From positions 140,120,001-140,184,000 of the forward strand of contig OZ296649.1 of the NCBI GenBank assembly GCA_965655095.1: a DNA stretch of 64,000 nucleotides. Reading direction: 5' to 3'. This document shows positions 13,100 to 25,753 of this stretch, in pieces. Numbering within the stretch: position 1 is the first letter of the stretch; each line of letters begins with the position of its first letter. Source of the DNA: Haplodiscus bocki (lineage: Eukaryota). Both the position numbers and the translations under genes were made by a program. The notes below the pieces were generated by a model that did no database searches, was not told where the DNA came from, and worked only from the letters and a program-made list of their open reading frames with translations.

Positions 13100-13950
13100 G
13101 GTAACATAAGTTTTTTAGTTTCAATCTCCTGTGCTGTTTTTGCTTTAAAAAAATACTTTTTCGAATAAAGCTTCCTTACATCTTTTGAAGAAAAATTCTA
13201 GATAGTACCTTTTGATAAGATTTCTCAAAAATTAGATATTATATTAAGTTCCCAACGCCGAAATGTAGTGTTACCTCTAGAAAAATTGTTACTTTTTTGA
13301 CTTAAGCTCACTTAAACTAGTCCTTTAGTTTTGGGATTTTTGATGTGTGTCTGTAATAAGTTTGCATACTTCTTTTTTTAAGTATTGTGATGCTTTAATT
13401 GGTCTCAAATTTGTTGAAGAGTAAAAATTGTTATCAATTTCTGAGTACTTCTGATAGTACATCAACCCAATTGGCATTTCTTTCTTGTCAAATTGGGTCT
13501 TTTTGAAGGTCACAGGTTGTTCTATTATTACATTTGGCAAAGACACCTCTTTTTGATGTATATCTACCAAACTACTAGATATCTTCGTTTTTACAGAACT
13601 CTGTAAATGTTTCTTTCGAAAATTCTCTCTCATCGTCTGTTTCAATTAGACTTAGGTTACGATTAAGTTTTTAAAGACTATGAGAAAGAAGAATTGTTAC
13701 TGTTTGTCATTTTTGTAAATTGTAATCTTGTTATCCCCGGACACATTTAATAAAAATGTCAATTACAACCAAAAAAATCTGAAGACTTTATAGTTTTTTC
13801 AATCCCCAACCTATCATAGCTAGTAGGTCTAAACTCCAAGTTTCGTCAATGTGTTTGACCTGAGTTTTATCTGTATCGTAAATGCTCTTAGCAGGTTTTG
13901 ACGAATTTCATTTAAAGACATGTCAATGAATCTTTGTCTGACAAACAAAA
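13100..13950 (-). pseudogene. Polinton RVE (retroviral-like) integrase remnant
   Basis: SKPAKSIYDTDKTQVKHIDETWSLDL...FLVVIDIF, LIETDDEREF, GVFAKCNNRT, NNFYSSTNLRPIKAS (ORF 13325-13645), FSRGNTT: typical Polinton integrase motif series. Confidence 0.85.
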
Positions 13951-13984
13951 TTTACAAAATTTATACTCCAATATGATCTTGGGC

Positions 13985-14046
13985 GGACATGGATAGCGGA
14001 TAACTTACCTTTCTTGGACATAGATAGCGTGTAAGTTACTTCCCTT
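13985..14046. repeat. Two tandem 31-bp imperfect repeats at the Polinton right end
   Basis: GGACATGGATAGCGGATAACTTACCTTTCTT then GGACATAGATAGCGTGTAAGTTACTTCCCTT (24/31 identical). Confidence 0.75.
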
Positions 14047-14339
14047 GAGCGCCAATTTTTTGCCTATCAGTAGCCTCGTTCTAAGTGTCCTGCTTTGCAG
14101 CCAGAACAGCATCCTACCCAACCTCGCCTTTTTTTAACCGTCCTTGTTCTACATATTTAGCCTAATTTCCCCGCGTTTCCAGCGGTACGTGTTAATTTAT
14201 TCATGTTTTTGTAGTTTTTGTAGAAAATAAGAAGGAAACTTGGGGAAATATGTCCAAACATGTGAAAACTTAGGGTGAAAAAGAAAGCGAAAGTGGGTAA
14301 AATTGTGTTACAGTTGTCAGAAACTAAAAAGTAGGTTAG

Positions 14340-17300
14340 TCACTATGCACCGAAAGTTCAACATTTTATTGAAGAGAAATTGTGTCACGAATTTGCTGCA
14401 GCTATTAAACATAATTTGAATGAAAATTCAACTCGTGAACTACCCAAAGTTGACAGTCTTTTCTCACTAGATGTTAGTCGAACCCAATTCAATTGTGATG
14501 CAACCTTCAATTCTTTTCCAAACAAACATTAATTAAACTTTTTGATTTTGAGGATAGTACAAATCGAAAAGCTCCCAGTTTTGAACCAACAAGGGAAATT
14601 ACCACTGTAACCTCCAACTTCGCATCTCAAAACCTAAACACTGTGATCAAGGATCCGATTCCTGGAGTTCTGTTTACACAAACAAACGCTCCAAATAAGA
14701 AAAGTGAAACTCATTTCGGAGAGGGTCTATCGAAAAAATAATTCAAACTTTTCGATGTCAAATTGTTCTCGCAAAAAGCGAGAAAATAGAAAAAAAACTA
14801 AAGGCAAATTCTCCATCCAAAACTCCTTTAAAATCAGTCAACCAGTCTTTAAAGGCGTAAAAACCAAAGTCAAACAAAATAGAAAGCCTAGTTCATGTCA
14901 TTTTCATTATTACTCAAGAAATATTGGTCATCTAAAAAATCGTTTAACCTTCAGAACTCGTTCTTCTCTCTTCCGACCACCGTCAGTACCTCAATCTCGT
15001 AACGATTCTTGTTCAAGACGGAGTTACCGTAATCGTCATAAAAATATCATGTCAAATGTAAACAACTCTAGAAGAAAAGAACTTCTAGGTCAATTTAAAT
15101 TGCCATTCCGGAATGTTCGTAACGAACATTTTTTTTACATCTAACACTAGAAGTTGACGAAACTTCGGATTTTACAACAGTTATTAACGACCCCCTTTGC
15201 GACCTCAATCAAGATCTAAGTCTGTGTGGGCATCCCAACTACTTTTTAATTCCCTCCAATCATGTTTTTAATCTACCTAACACTGTGATTGCTTTGCAAA
15301 TTCAAAAGAAAAGGTTGAAGTCAAAAGGTACACCGATGCAATTTACCCAACAAGTTGGTTTTGAAATCTATAAGGTCACTCTGATAATCGAAATGATACA
15401 GGTTTACCTTCAAGTACTGAAACTCCATTTTTACTTGATAGCGAAGCCTCCATTTTTATGCATATTCATTGGGCCTGTTCCATATTCTCAAAATCTTTTA
15501 ATGGCTTCTCATGATCAACAACACACATTAAAAATCGCTGACTATCGTGAGTCAATCGGAAGTTCCAATCATAAAAGCTTTCACTCTAACATGTTTTACA
15601 TCTATTTCAGAGGATTCCAGATAAACCACATATCTATTAGCTGTCTCTCATATGATTAATTAAACTTGCCAACATCAAACTTGATAAGAATACAATTATA
15701 AATGAAAGGCAAGATTTAACGAGGATTTTTCAAAAATATACTCGAGAATCGTTTTTCTTTCCCTCTGTTTACCACATTGATTAAAAAACACTTCCCCTTC
15801 TTTTCTTTCATTTTTCAAAAAAAACCACAATTGCGACGTTTGATGGACCCAACCCCATACACTTTCCAGTGGTAATTACTGAAGCTTCATAATAACAACC
15901 CGAAACTAATGAACATTTTTTCCCTGATATAACTCAAACGCGTTTCTTAACTGAACCGAACCATTTTTTCTCCTATATGAAAAAGCTTTGAAAAGGTTTA
16001 CAACTTCATCCTCGGCAGTATTTGAAATCGCTACCACACATATGGCTGTATTACCAACTGGACAAGAATGATATATTTAACCTCCTTTTACCAACGCAAA
16101 TCCACCACAATACCGACAATTTGATCTTAATACACTGTTTCATACGATAGTTCTTAGCAACCATTCTGTTATAACAAAACCTTTTCATGTTCAATATCGA
16201 GATATGACGCTTTCACACAACAATTTTGGCCTTATTAAAATAAATTCATATCGAAAACAGTTATCTAATTAAAATGTTAACTGTAATGTACAACCATCTG
16301 AAATTTATGCTGCATCAATGTGACCATCGTTACCATACCCGAAAAGATGATTACAGTTCCCCAAAAACTTTCATATCGCACACTCTGATCTCAAACAATC
16401 TGAATACATACAAATCTGGAAGGTTGTGCAGAAATACAACAACTTCGATGCTACTGATCGCAAGTATGTAACACAAATTTCAACTACTTTTCGATCTACA
16501 CTGAAAGCAAACGTCAAACTGCAAAAACAATGACTCACTAATGTTCCTATTCTCCATCGAAAAATTTGAACACTTTGCGAATTTTTGTGCAAAAAAAAGA
16601 AATTTTTATGCAAACTGACTCAGCACTTCATAAAAAAAACATATGGAATTCTGTAAGTAAATCTTCTGAACATTATGAAAATCAAAAGCTCTTTCACGCT
16701 TTTAATAGATACTTGCCATCTTAACTCAGCACTGACCACTTGTTTTAATCATGGCCCTTGCAAAGTTTCAGCGAAATAACATGCTGGACAGACCAAACAC
16801 TTTAAATCCGCTATTGATCTTATGTAAACATGTGCGCTTGCTACATATGAAGGTGAAACCAAGACAACTTTTAGCTTTTCCTCCTAAAACAGAATCATTG
16901 GTTTCTTTATGGGTTTTTCTGGATTGGAAGAACTTCCGAACATTTTCAATCAACAAGTTTTTTTTCCAAAAATATGATTGAACAAGCCTCTGCGTTAGTT
17001 TTCCTTGATGATATATTACTCATGTTTAGCTCCAAACCTCAAATGTTTTAACTACTCAAGCAATTCCAAGATAGTGCAACAACAACAAAGAAGTGGAATT
17101 TAGGCGCCTAAATTGTCTTTTTTCAGCTGTAAGTTTCGTTGCAAATGAAATCGGGCTTAGGACTTTTAAAGCCATTCAACCCGAAAGTGCTATCGTTTAC
17201 AAAATTCTCCCGCCGCAACAACAATCAAAATTTTGATTTTCTTGGGTTCAACGAAAATTCCTTCAAAATTCAATGACAAGCTTTATGTCAATAAAAAATT

Positions 17301-17620
17301 ACTGTTTGACAATCTTTAAGACAAGGTCAAACACACCAAGATTTCTGAACTCGAAACACTGCTTTAAAAGATCGAAAAAAAAACACCTAAAGATGCTTAT
17401 TTCTTTTAACTGAGCACCAAGCATGACATCCTTTTCCTTTTTTAGCAAAAACTTTCCTCTTCTTTTTTTGGTTTTTAGAAAAATCCAGAAAACCAAACTT
17501 TATTGGACACAATTGTTTTCACATTTTACACTTTCCACCGAAAACTACATAATCTCAAATAAAAAGTGCTGAAGACAGGGAATCCTTTTCTCTTATATAT
17601 ATTAAACACATTTCCTATCT
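14340..17620 (+). mobile_element. Ty3/Gypsy fragment A1 (gag C-terminus, protease, RT)
   Basis: gag piece homologous to copy C ~61,800-61,920; RS-rich ORF 14704-15144; protease FLLDSEAS (~15,428-15,451); RT SAIDLM (~16,807) and VFLDDILLM (~16,998). Confidence 0.8.
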
Positions 17621-20600
17621 AATGTTAACCAACATCTTTTCCTGATACAAACGCTACCAAACAAACCTGAAACCTCAAAATCGTATTAGTCGTAAACGTG
17701 ACTGCAAAAATGGTCACACTTCCAACTGGATTAGCAAAATTTTTTGGGTTTCCTATTAACACCAAAAAAATACCAAATTCTTTGAGCACAATACCCTAAC
17801 AAATTTAATCAAACGATAGTGCAGACCTACCATCCTAATAATACCGAACTTTTTGCTTTCGTTATGAAGAACTGACGTTTTCGATATCAAGAAGTGTAAA
17901 CTTGTAACAAACTCGAGTTTCTCATCAAATTGTTATCTGTAGTGAAAAAACATGTGACAAATTGGCTCTACGAAAATTTCCACCAATATCATACTTAAGA
18001 AAAAAATACAGTTTCTCAAGAAAATTCAATTTCAAAACTCTGATCTCAAAGATTCTGGATACATGTAACTATAAAAAATCCCAGTTGATAAAAAACAGTG
18101 TTACGCTCTTTATTCTAAAGATGCTGGGAGAAAAGATACTTTTTTTGGGACTAGGCTGAAACTTATTGCAAAACTGCAAGCAAAACAACCTACCAAAATT
18201 CCTACACACTATAGAGACAAATTTTAAATCCTTTGAAGAGATGTTCAAAAAACTTGGAACCTATGAAAAAATTGTTTCAGCACCTCATGAAAAACTAATT
18301 TACGGAACAACCGTCTTAAACCCTTTGTGTAATATGAAAAAAAAGTTTCAAGGAAGCTCGATTTAGATATTTGTCATCCTGACTACAATACCAATCAGTC
18401 ATCTGACTCATGGCCGCTGGAACATTAAGCAATTAAAAATGCCAGAGCTTTGAAACACTATAAACCTTCTGTTGATCTTTTGCATGCATAGGTACACGCT
18501 ACGTTGGATGATGAAACTAAAAAGTAATTCTAGTTTCATACGGAGACAGAAGATTTGCTTTTGATAGGGATTTCTATGGATTGAAATGATTTCTCAAGTT
18601 CTTCTATCAACAAATGTTAAAGTTTTCAAAAAATATGGTTCAACAGGGCTCTGCATTAGTTTCTGTTGATGGTATATTACTCATGGCTAACCCTAAACAC
18701 CACGTGCTGCAAATAATCAAACAACTCAATGATACAACAGGAACAAGAAAACTCAGGAAAAAGAGCCCGAAAACTTACTTTTCAGGCGTCCAGCTGTAAA
18801 AAACCTAGGACATGAAAATGAAATTGGAACTAGCCAACTCATTCAAACAAAAACTGCTGCATTCCACAAAATTCAAGCCGCTACTTTAAAAATCGAACTA
18901 ATGAGAAAATTTGGTCCCAAGGATTTTCACTCAGAATTCTTTGACAAGCTTCATGTCTTTCAGAAAGCACTCTATAACGTACTTCATGACAATCAATATT
19001 TCAATATATCAGAAAGGCCAAAAAAAGACAATACTCTAACGTTGCAATGAAACAAGCATCCTGCTTTGTAGCTCTCCAACTTCTTTTTTTGTTGGTATAC
19101 GCTGCGTCCTATTCAAAATGGATGCCAAAAAAAAGAAAAACCACGTCTGACTTATTTTGCCCCTTGTGTCTTCAAGACTGACAAGCAAAAGCTCTGCACT
19201 AGATACCACGAACATTTTGGGACTGTAATTGCACTTAATATCTAAGACTAAAATACGGATGGCTCCGCTCATTTCAAAAGTGTTCTGAAAAGTCATACAC
19301 CCTCTTTAACGAGTTTTTTAACGGCAGGAAATCTCTGCAGTTTTTTTCACTGCATAGATGCAAATGACCCAATTTAGAAAAAAGGGATTTTTCCTACCAA
19401 AGTCATAAACGTTTCTGTACCAGACAAGCTAAGCTGTACCATTACAAACGGAAAACTGTTACTCAATCAAAAACAACATAATCATTTACCACCTCAACAA
19501 TTATTAGCCAAAATGAAATATTAAACAACATAAAACTTCTGCAATTTTTGTTTGCTACGCATGAACTTGAACAATCATCACAAAAAGATGTTTGCAATCA
19601 ATATTTCGCTGATTCACGCAATGATAATTCTGCATTCGCACTAATGATAAAAGGGAAAAAGTATTTACTAAACCATTGAATTTTTTTGTTTTACCCTGTA
19701 CAACTAAAACCAAAACAAAAAAACCATTTCGGAGAAGCGACAAAATTTTTACAAACTCAATAAATTGACTTTCCTAATGACACCGATATCACTGACAATG
19801 ATGATTCAGTTGGAAACCTAAATGCCAATGAGAACAACCTTTTTAACTCTGATTCAATTTTATGATCAAATCTTTAGAACGATCATTCAAAAAGGTACAC
19901 ATCAAAGAATAACTAAACTTCTAGATCACAGAACTCTTTTTCTGAATGACGAATAAAAGTTACTGCAAACAATTCAATTAACTTCTCCTCCTGCAGCAAA
20001 TCAATCGTACTCTTCATTTTTATCACTCATCGTTTTTCAAACATACTTCAGAATTCGTTGAAAACTTTTGCCGTGCGATACTCCTTTTGATATTGATACA
20101 ATTTTCAAGTATCAAAAAACAGATCTTGCTTCAAAACGTTTCAAAAATGTATCACTGAAGATGCCGGACGGTTAACAAACCAGCTTTTCTATTCTGCAAT
20201 CGACAAAGCTTTTGAACACTCTCATATTGTTGCTGCTTCAATCCAAAACTACATCAACCAACCATACTAAATCCCAATCCTGCAGATAAAATAATCCAAT
20301 TTCATTCATAACTGTAATGATTGTCAAATAAGCAAGGAATGAAAATCAAATGAACAAAGAAGGAAAAAAACATCGTTATACTGCAAAATCACTTTTTCAA
20401 AATATCTACCTTTTTGAACCATAGTTTTTCCATGCATACCAAAGGCCACTGAACCTTGCTTCTGACGAGAATCGTTACAACTTTGCCCTTGCTCACCATT
20501 TGAAAAAATTGATCGTAACAGTACCGACTCGAAAGTTTACTGCTTATTGCTGATCACGCTGCATGCGCTTCAGTACCATACTGGATTTCAAAAGTCGGTC

Positions 20601-21979
20601 CTCCTTGGTAACTAATTGCCGATAGTGAAACCAAATTTTTCACCTCTGAATTAGCATGTCTTTGAAACATTTTCAGTGGCACTCCATTTTCAAGAACTTC
20701 ACAATCGTCCTGGAGAAACCGAATTGCTAATGTTCAAAACAAGTTTTTGGAACCTAATCACGATTGTTTTCACATGACGATCTCGAAAACTGATCTACTG
20801 AAGTTTAATTTTTTGGCTTTACACATAGCATTCAATGTCGGCAGCATTTGAACGTCTCTCACTATGAACTTGTTTCTCATACACAATCGCAAGCTGCGCC
20901 GGAACTTCAGTTAATACTTTAACGTAACGTACTTTAATGCACCGCGCGTTATTGTTTTTTAGCACCTCATTAGCACCATCAGTCCATTGATCTAGAGCAC
21001 TTGTTTTTATTATACCCGCAAAATCCATTTCAACACTGGTTTTGACCACAGGAACTTCAAGGCTTAAAATTTTTTCAGAACGTTTACCAAATTTTTTTGG
21101 AAAAAACTGAGTCTCTAACTTACAAAATATAAATTACAACTAATCTTGATGAAACACTACCGAAAATGTATTCTATATTGCCTACTGTCTTTGACGCAGT
21201 TCAAAATTTTGTTGAACATAAATTTCTCCTGAGTGGTCCTATTAAAAAAAGGACCCTAGTGATTTCACTTAGGAACGTTCAGCACATAAAAGGCGAAACT
21301 TTTGCCCACAAACAGAAAATGTTTGATTGCTTACTATCCTATAGAAACTTTACTTTTTACTGATATACCTTTTTGTGACCAATTGTGTTCTCAAATCGTT
21401 CTGATACGCCAGATAGGATAGACAAGAAACCGTAACTTTCCACTGACAGTGACAACACAAATGATTGCTGTTTTGATGATGACACTCCTGGAACCGATAT
21501 TGATGATACTTCGATTATGTACGGAAAAGAACTTGTGAAACTGTAAAAACACCTGCTAAGTATCGGGTTCTGAAAAACTCAACTTCGAACTAGATCATCC
21601 CAATTCCAATCCTTCAAAAAATTCCCAGAAATATTTGATTTTCCTGTTTGTGATTTATCTCCCAATATTTTGACGTTACCACCTATGCAATCAATTTAGC
21701 CCCCGCATTTATACCACTCACCACATTCTAACCAAAATCGTACAATTGAAAATTATTTACGACCCCATCTGAGAAAAGACTATCGCTTCTATCTCCCATC
21801 TCCAATCACCCTAAATTCTGAACGGATAATCATTTTTCTCGAAAACTCCGATTATATCAGTTGTTCCTCGAACTCTCGCAAAAACACCCACTTTCTTCAT
21901 TCTAGATTGTGCTTTTCCCCTACGACCAAATCTTTTGCCACCCATTATCCAAATACTCCAAAAACTTGAGGCTGAATCT

Positions 21980-23460
21980 GAAATGTCTTTCCCTGATATT
22001 AAATTTTGTTTATAAGCTCAGCAAAAGATAAAATTCAGATTCTACTGTTTCCGAAGGATCTCTAATTACAATTGAATCAATAAACCGTTTCACAGTTACA
22101 TTCTTTTTTTGAGACCGACTCTTTTTGATTTTAAACAACGGTCTCTCTGAAAAAAAAACATATGACCCACACTCTTCTCTACGAATTTCTCGAAACGATT
22201 CAAAACTCGTAGCTACTAGATCTACTGCTACATCGTCAACAACTCCTGAAAACTTAAATAGATCCTTTGGAACATCACAAATCTCTTCTGCAATCTTGCA
22301 AAAATTTCCACTGACACCAAAACTGGTAGCTCCGGCTTTCACAAAAAACTTTTTCATTTCCCAGATCTATCCGGTGGTATTCCACTTGATTTTTCCATTT
22401 CCACCTCTTTCACTTCCATTTAATACAATTTTGGCTAGAAATCCAAACCATTCAAACGTAAAAAGTCATTATACTCATATTTTTATCCTACTCAAATACC
22501 TATCACTTTCTTTCTAAAAAGACATCATGATTATTGTATTACCCATGTAACGAAAAAACAAAAGCTAACTCTTTGCCAAGCCAACTTTGATATTAGTTCT
22601 GGAACTTTTACCTTGCTGTAACCCGATCTTCCTTCAAGCTTGGTATGAACTTCATATAATGAATAATCTCTGAACTACAGCTCGTCTGATTCACGATCTA
22701 GTAAATGTTTGACTTCTTCCTACACAGTAAGAAACCATTCGTAATTTTTAGGACCTAGACCATCACATTCCTCTTCATTGCATTCTTGATTAACATCTAG
22801 TTCTGACTTCGCGTTATTGCGTTAAAATGCAGAAACCCAATCAACAACTTCTAAAGACGCACTTTTGCCACTTTCTGAAAAAGAACTTTCGCTACCACTA
22901 TTCGCAGGTATGGAAACTTCTTTCACTGTACATACATCCTATCGTTCTTTCCATTAAAAAAGTCTTTCCTCTTGATACTTTACGTAATCTTGATCTTCCA
23001 GTCATGTCAATGGACAAATTTTTTGACCACTCACACCTTATTTCTATCAATTTCCACTCATTCCTGAATACCAAATTGTTCATCGTCCCAGAAAAGATCA
23101 GAGATATCGAAACCTCACTGCATATTGAATGACCGATAGTCTGAAAAAACCTGACTTTACCTGCCAAACAGAACTGAATCAGTTAACCCCAAGGAATCCT
23201 GAACCGAAGTTTAAAATCATTGTTTTTTTCTGGACTAAATCTCATCCCTTGCCTACCTCCACTCAGAACAAATCTCGATTTTTCCCTAATCCAAACTTGT
23301 TACCAGTGTACAATTTACAGTTGTCCTCTACTGACGAGACGAACATCCAATCGATAACTGATTGGGACGCATACTTTTCTACAAATACATCTCTGGTTTT
23401 AATAACAAAACTGATTTCTGAAAAATGTAGAACAGTTCTCTTCAATTCAAATAACTAACT
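21980..23460 (+). pseudogene. Uncharacterised ORFx between pol and env (copy A2)
   Basis: S/T/P-rich start, PKLVAPAF...FPFPPL, then ORF 23129-23458; positional homologues in copies B (~34,600-36,050) and C (~54,200-55,640). Confidence 0.55.
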
Positions 23461-23479
23461 CAGCTCATTAGAATATTTG

Positions 23480-25360
23480 CATACTGTTGACATACAAAAT
23501 CCGGTACAACCTGATGACCTTAAGATAGTTCAACACTTGGCAACTCATTAGGACTGTTCAAGATCAGATAGTTTGACACAATTTAGCTCAACAAGGATAC
23601 AAAACCTAATCAAGCACCCTCTGATGTTAAAAAAACTGAAACCATTGCCTCGGTAATTGTAAAAGCTAAAACAAACGCTATGAAAATTTCCTCTGCTCTC
23701 TCATCTCTCATTGTCAAAAAACAAAGCGTAATTTGTGCTCGAGGTGCAAATGACAAAAAAAACGCCCTAATTGCATGGATTGGTACGCTAATACTTTGCC
23801 TTTGCCTAAAGATTTAGATTCGACTGAAAGTGAAATTCTATCCAAAACTTGAAGCGTACAAATAGCGTTGAAGTAGATTACTGTTCTTACGATTTTTCAC
23901 AAACTGTGATGACGGAAGTTTCCGAAATGCATTGCAAAAGTACAAAATCTTTTTCTTGAAACAGTTTTAAAGGCGTCCATAAGTCCGTAAACACCTTTCA
24001 GAAACAAAAACCATCACCGGAATGATAGTACTGCAAATACTACTTCGAGATGTTTAGATGATAAAAATTTTCTCATACACAAAGGTAGTTGATCGTTATT
24101 TAATAAAAATTGTCCTCAGGCTGTGGTAATAAACTTGAAAAACAGATCATCGAAAGCCATCCTTGTTTCAACTCTGGTGATTTCTTTAAACTTACACTCA
24201 AGCAATGTTGTATTCTTGCTTGGTTCCCTCAAAAAAATGTTTCCTGTGTAAAAATTGGTTTCTCATAATATTGGACGTATGTCTGACCTAAACAACCGCT
24301 ACTGCTTTGAAACATATGATAATTGCAAAATCATTGAAACTACGACTCAAAAAAGCGAAGGTTTTTAACCTACTACTTTACAAAAAGCCACGTCTTCAAT
24401 AGAACAAAACACTCCAATATTGTCTCGTTCAAAAATAACTCAAGAAAAAAACGTTCTAGAAAGAACCAACAACCACGCCTATTATCTTGACTGATTTTTT
24501 ACCTATGAAGAAGGTTTCTTACACACGACAGGAACAAAAACGATCTTTTTCCGCTTGTGGGAAAATCTGTTCTTCAAGGCTCTGAGTTGTCTACATTAAT
24601 TCTCAACTCTGATAAAAAATTTTTTTCTTTTTTACATTGGAAAGTTCCAATAGTTTTGGTGGTGTAGACTATGGTGCCCACATATATCTCAAAAGTGATT
24701 ACTACAAAAGTCATGTCTTCAAATCCTTGACTACACAAGAACTGAACACTTCACAATATATCTGTGACTTAGAAAGAGCTCAATTGCTAACTCTTTTGGC
24801 AATGTCTGTTGGAAACCCCCAATTTGCTGGCTGTTTTAAACAGTTAATCGCTGTAACTTTTTTTATGTTGAAGCCTCTACTCCTTTCCTCTATGATTGCC
24901 CTGGTAAATTTTCACCTCTTTTTGAAGCTGATACTAGCTTTGAAAAATTTCCTATAGACTATCAAGACACTGTAACGTACACTAACGCAAGCACTCAGCA
25001 AAACTTTCATTGTGCTAGTCCTACATCCGGTGATAATAACCTTCAATTCAATATTGCATTGGATCCCGAAAAACAATGGATACTATGTTTTCACACTTCA
25101 TCGTGTTTCGAGAGCTACACTTACGCTTTTTGAGCCAAAACAAAAACAACCTGCGATTTTTCTGAAATCTATCAGTACACAAGAAGCTGGATTTTACATG
25201 CATGCTGATTCAACAAACTACCGCAATCGAATAATGTTTAAAGTTTTCCGATACCATTCAGACACTCTTACGAAAAGCTATCTCCTAATATTTTTAGGCA
25301 ATATTGCACAAAATTCCACTGACTTTTATCCTTACAATGTTTCATGGAAAACTGTAAGTT
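23480..25360 (+). pseudogene. env-like glycoprotein, class III fusogen-like (gB/chuvirus G-like), lacking TM end
   Basis: N-term HLATH*DCS; VDYGAHIYLKSDYY...ICDLERAQLLTLLAMSVGNPQFAG...FYVEASTPFLYDCP..SPLF..FEKFPI (ORF 24637-24957 plus frameshift). Confidence 0.7.
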
Positions 25361-25361
25361 A

Positions 25362-25753
25362 TTTGAAAAGCGACCAAACTGCTTCCTTCAACCGGACGTA
25401 CTAAACAGTTAGAAGTCGCAACTTTTGACGTCAAACATCCTATTTTGCTTGACAGTCGTCATCTTTTACCGCGTTTATACTTGCAATACTTACATAACAA
25501 GCACTGCCACCAAAAAGTTGAGTATCTGAGGACCTTATTTCAGCAAAGTTTTGCCATTGTGAAACCTATGGCTACATGGAGGTCAATCCATTCTAAGTGC
25601 GTCACTTGCCGCAAGCGTAAAGCTGTAACGCTCGGTCCGATGATGGTTGATCTCCCGAAAGAGCGCCTGGTTTTCAATTACCCTCTCTTCACCAACACAG
25701 GAGTCGACTACTTTGGCCCGTTATATGAGTCAGTGAAACGTTCAACTGAAAAA
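25362..25753 (+). pseudogene. BEL/Pao integrase N-terminal fragment, inverted relative to the rest of the element
   Basis: GRTKQL...KHPILLDSRH...HNKHCH...CVTCRK...MVDLPKERL...FTNTGVDYFGP...RSTEK (H2C2 zinc finger + first catalytic Asp, Pao-type). Confidence 0.92.

Larger units (their letters stand above)
1..14050. mobile_element. Degenerate Polinton/Maverick (adintovirus-like) endogenous element, left end outside window
   Basis: Co-located remnants of minor capsid, packaging ATPase and major capsid (+), converging near 5,280 on pPolB and RVE integrase (-); all interrupted by stops and frameshifts. Boundaries approximate. Confidence 0.88.
17620..25360 (+). mobile_element. Ty3/Gypsy fragment A2 (RT, RNase H, integrase, ORFx, env), 3' truncated
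   Basis: Second pre-RT/RT region (YGTTVLNPL, SWPLE, ALVSVDGILLM at 18614-18799), RNase H ~19,050-19,350, integrase CNDCQ (~20,313) and SMHTKGPLNLASD (~20,428), then ORFx and env. Confidence 0.85.

Noticed and set aside
13985-14046. CRISPR-like direct repeat
   Set aside because: Only two adjacent units, no spacers, no cas genes, eukaryotic context.
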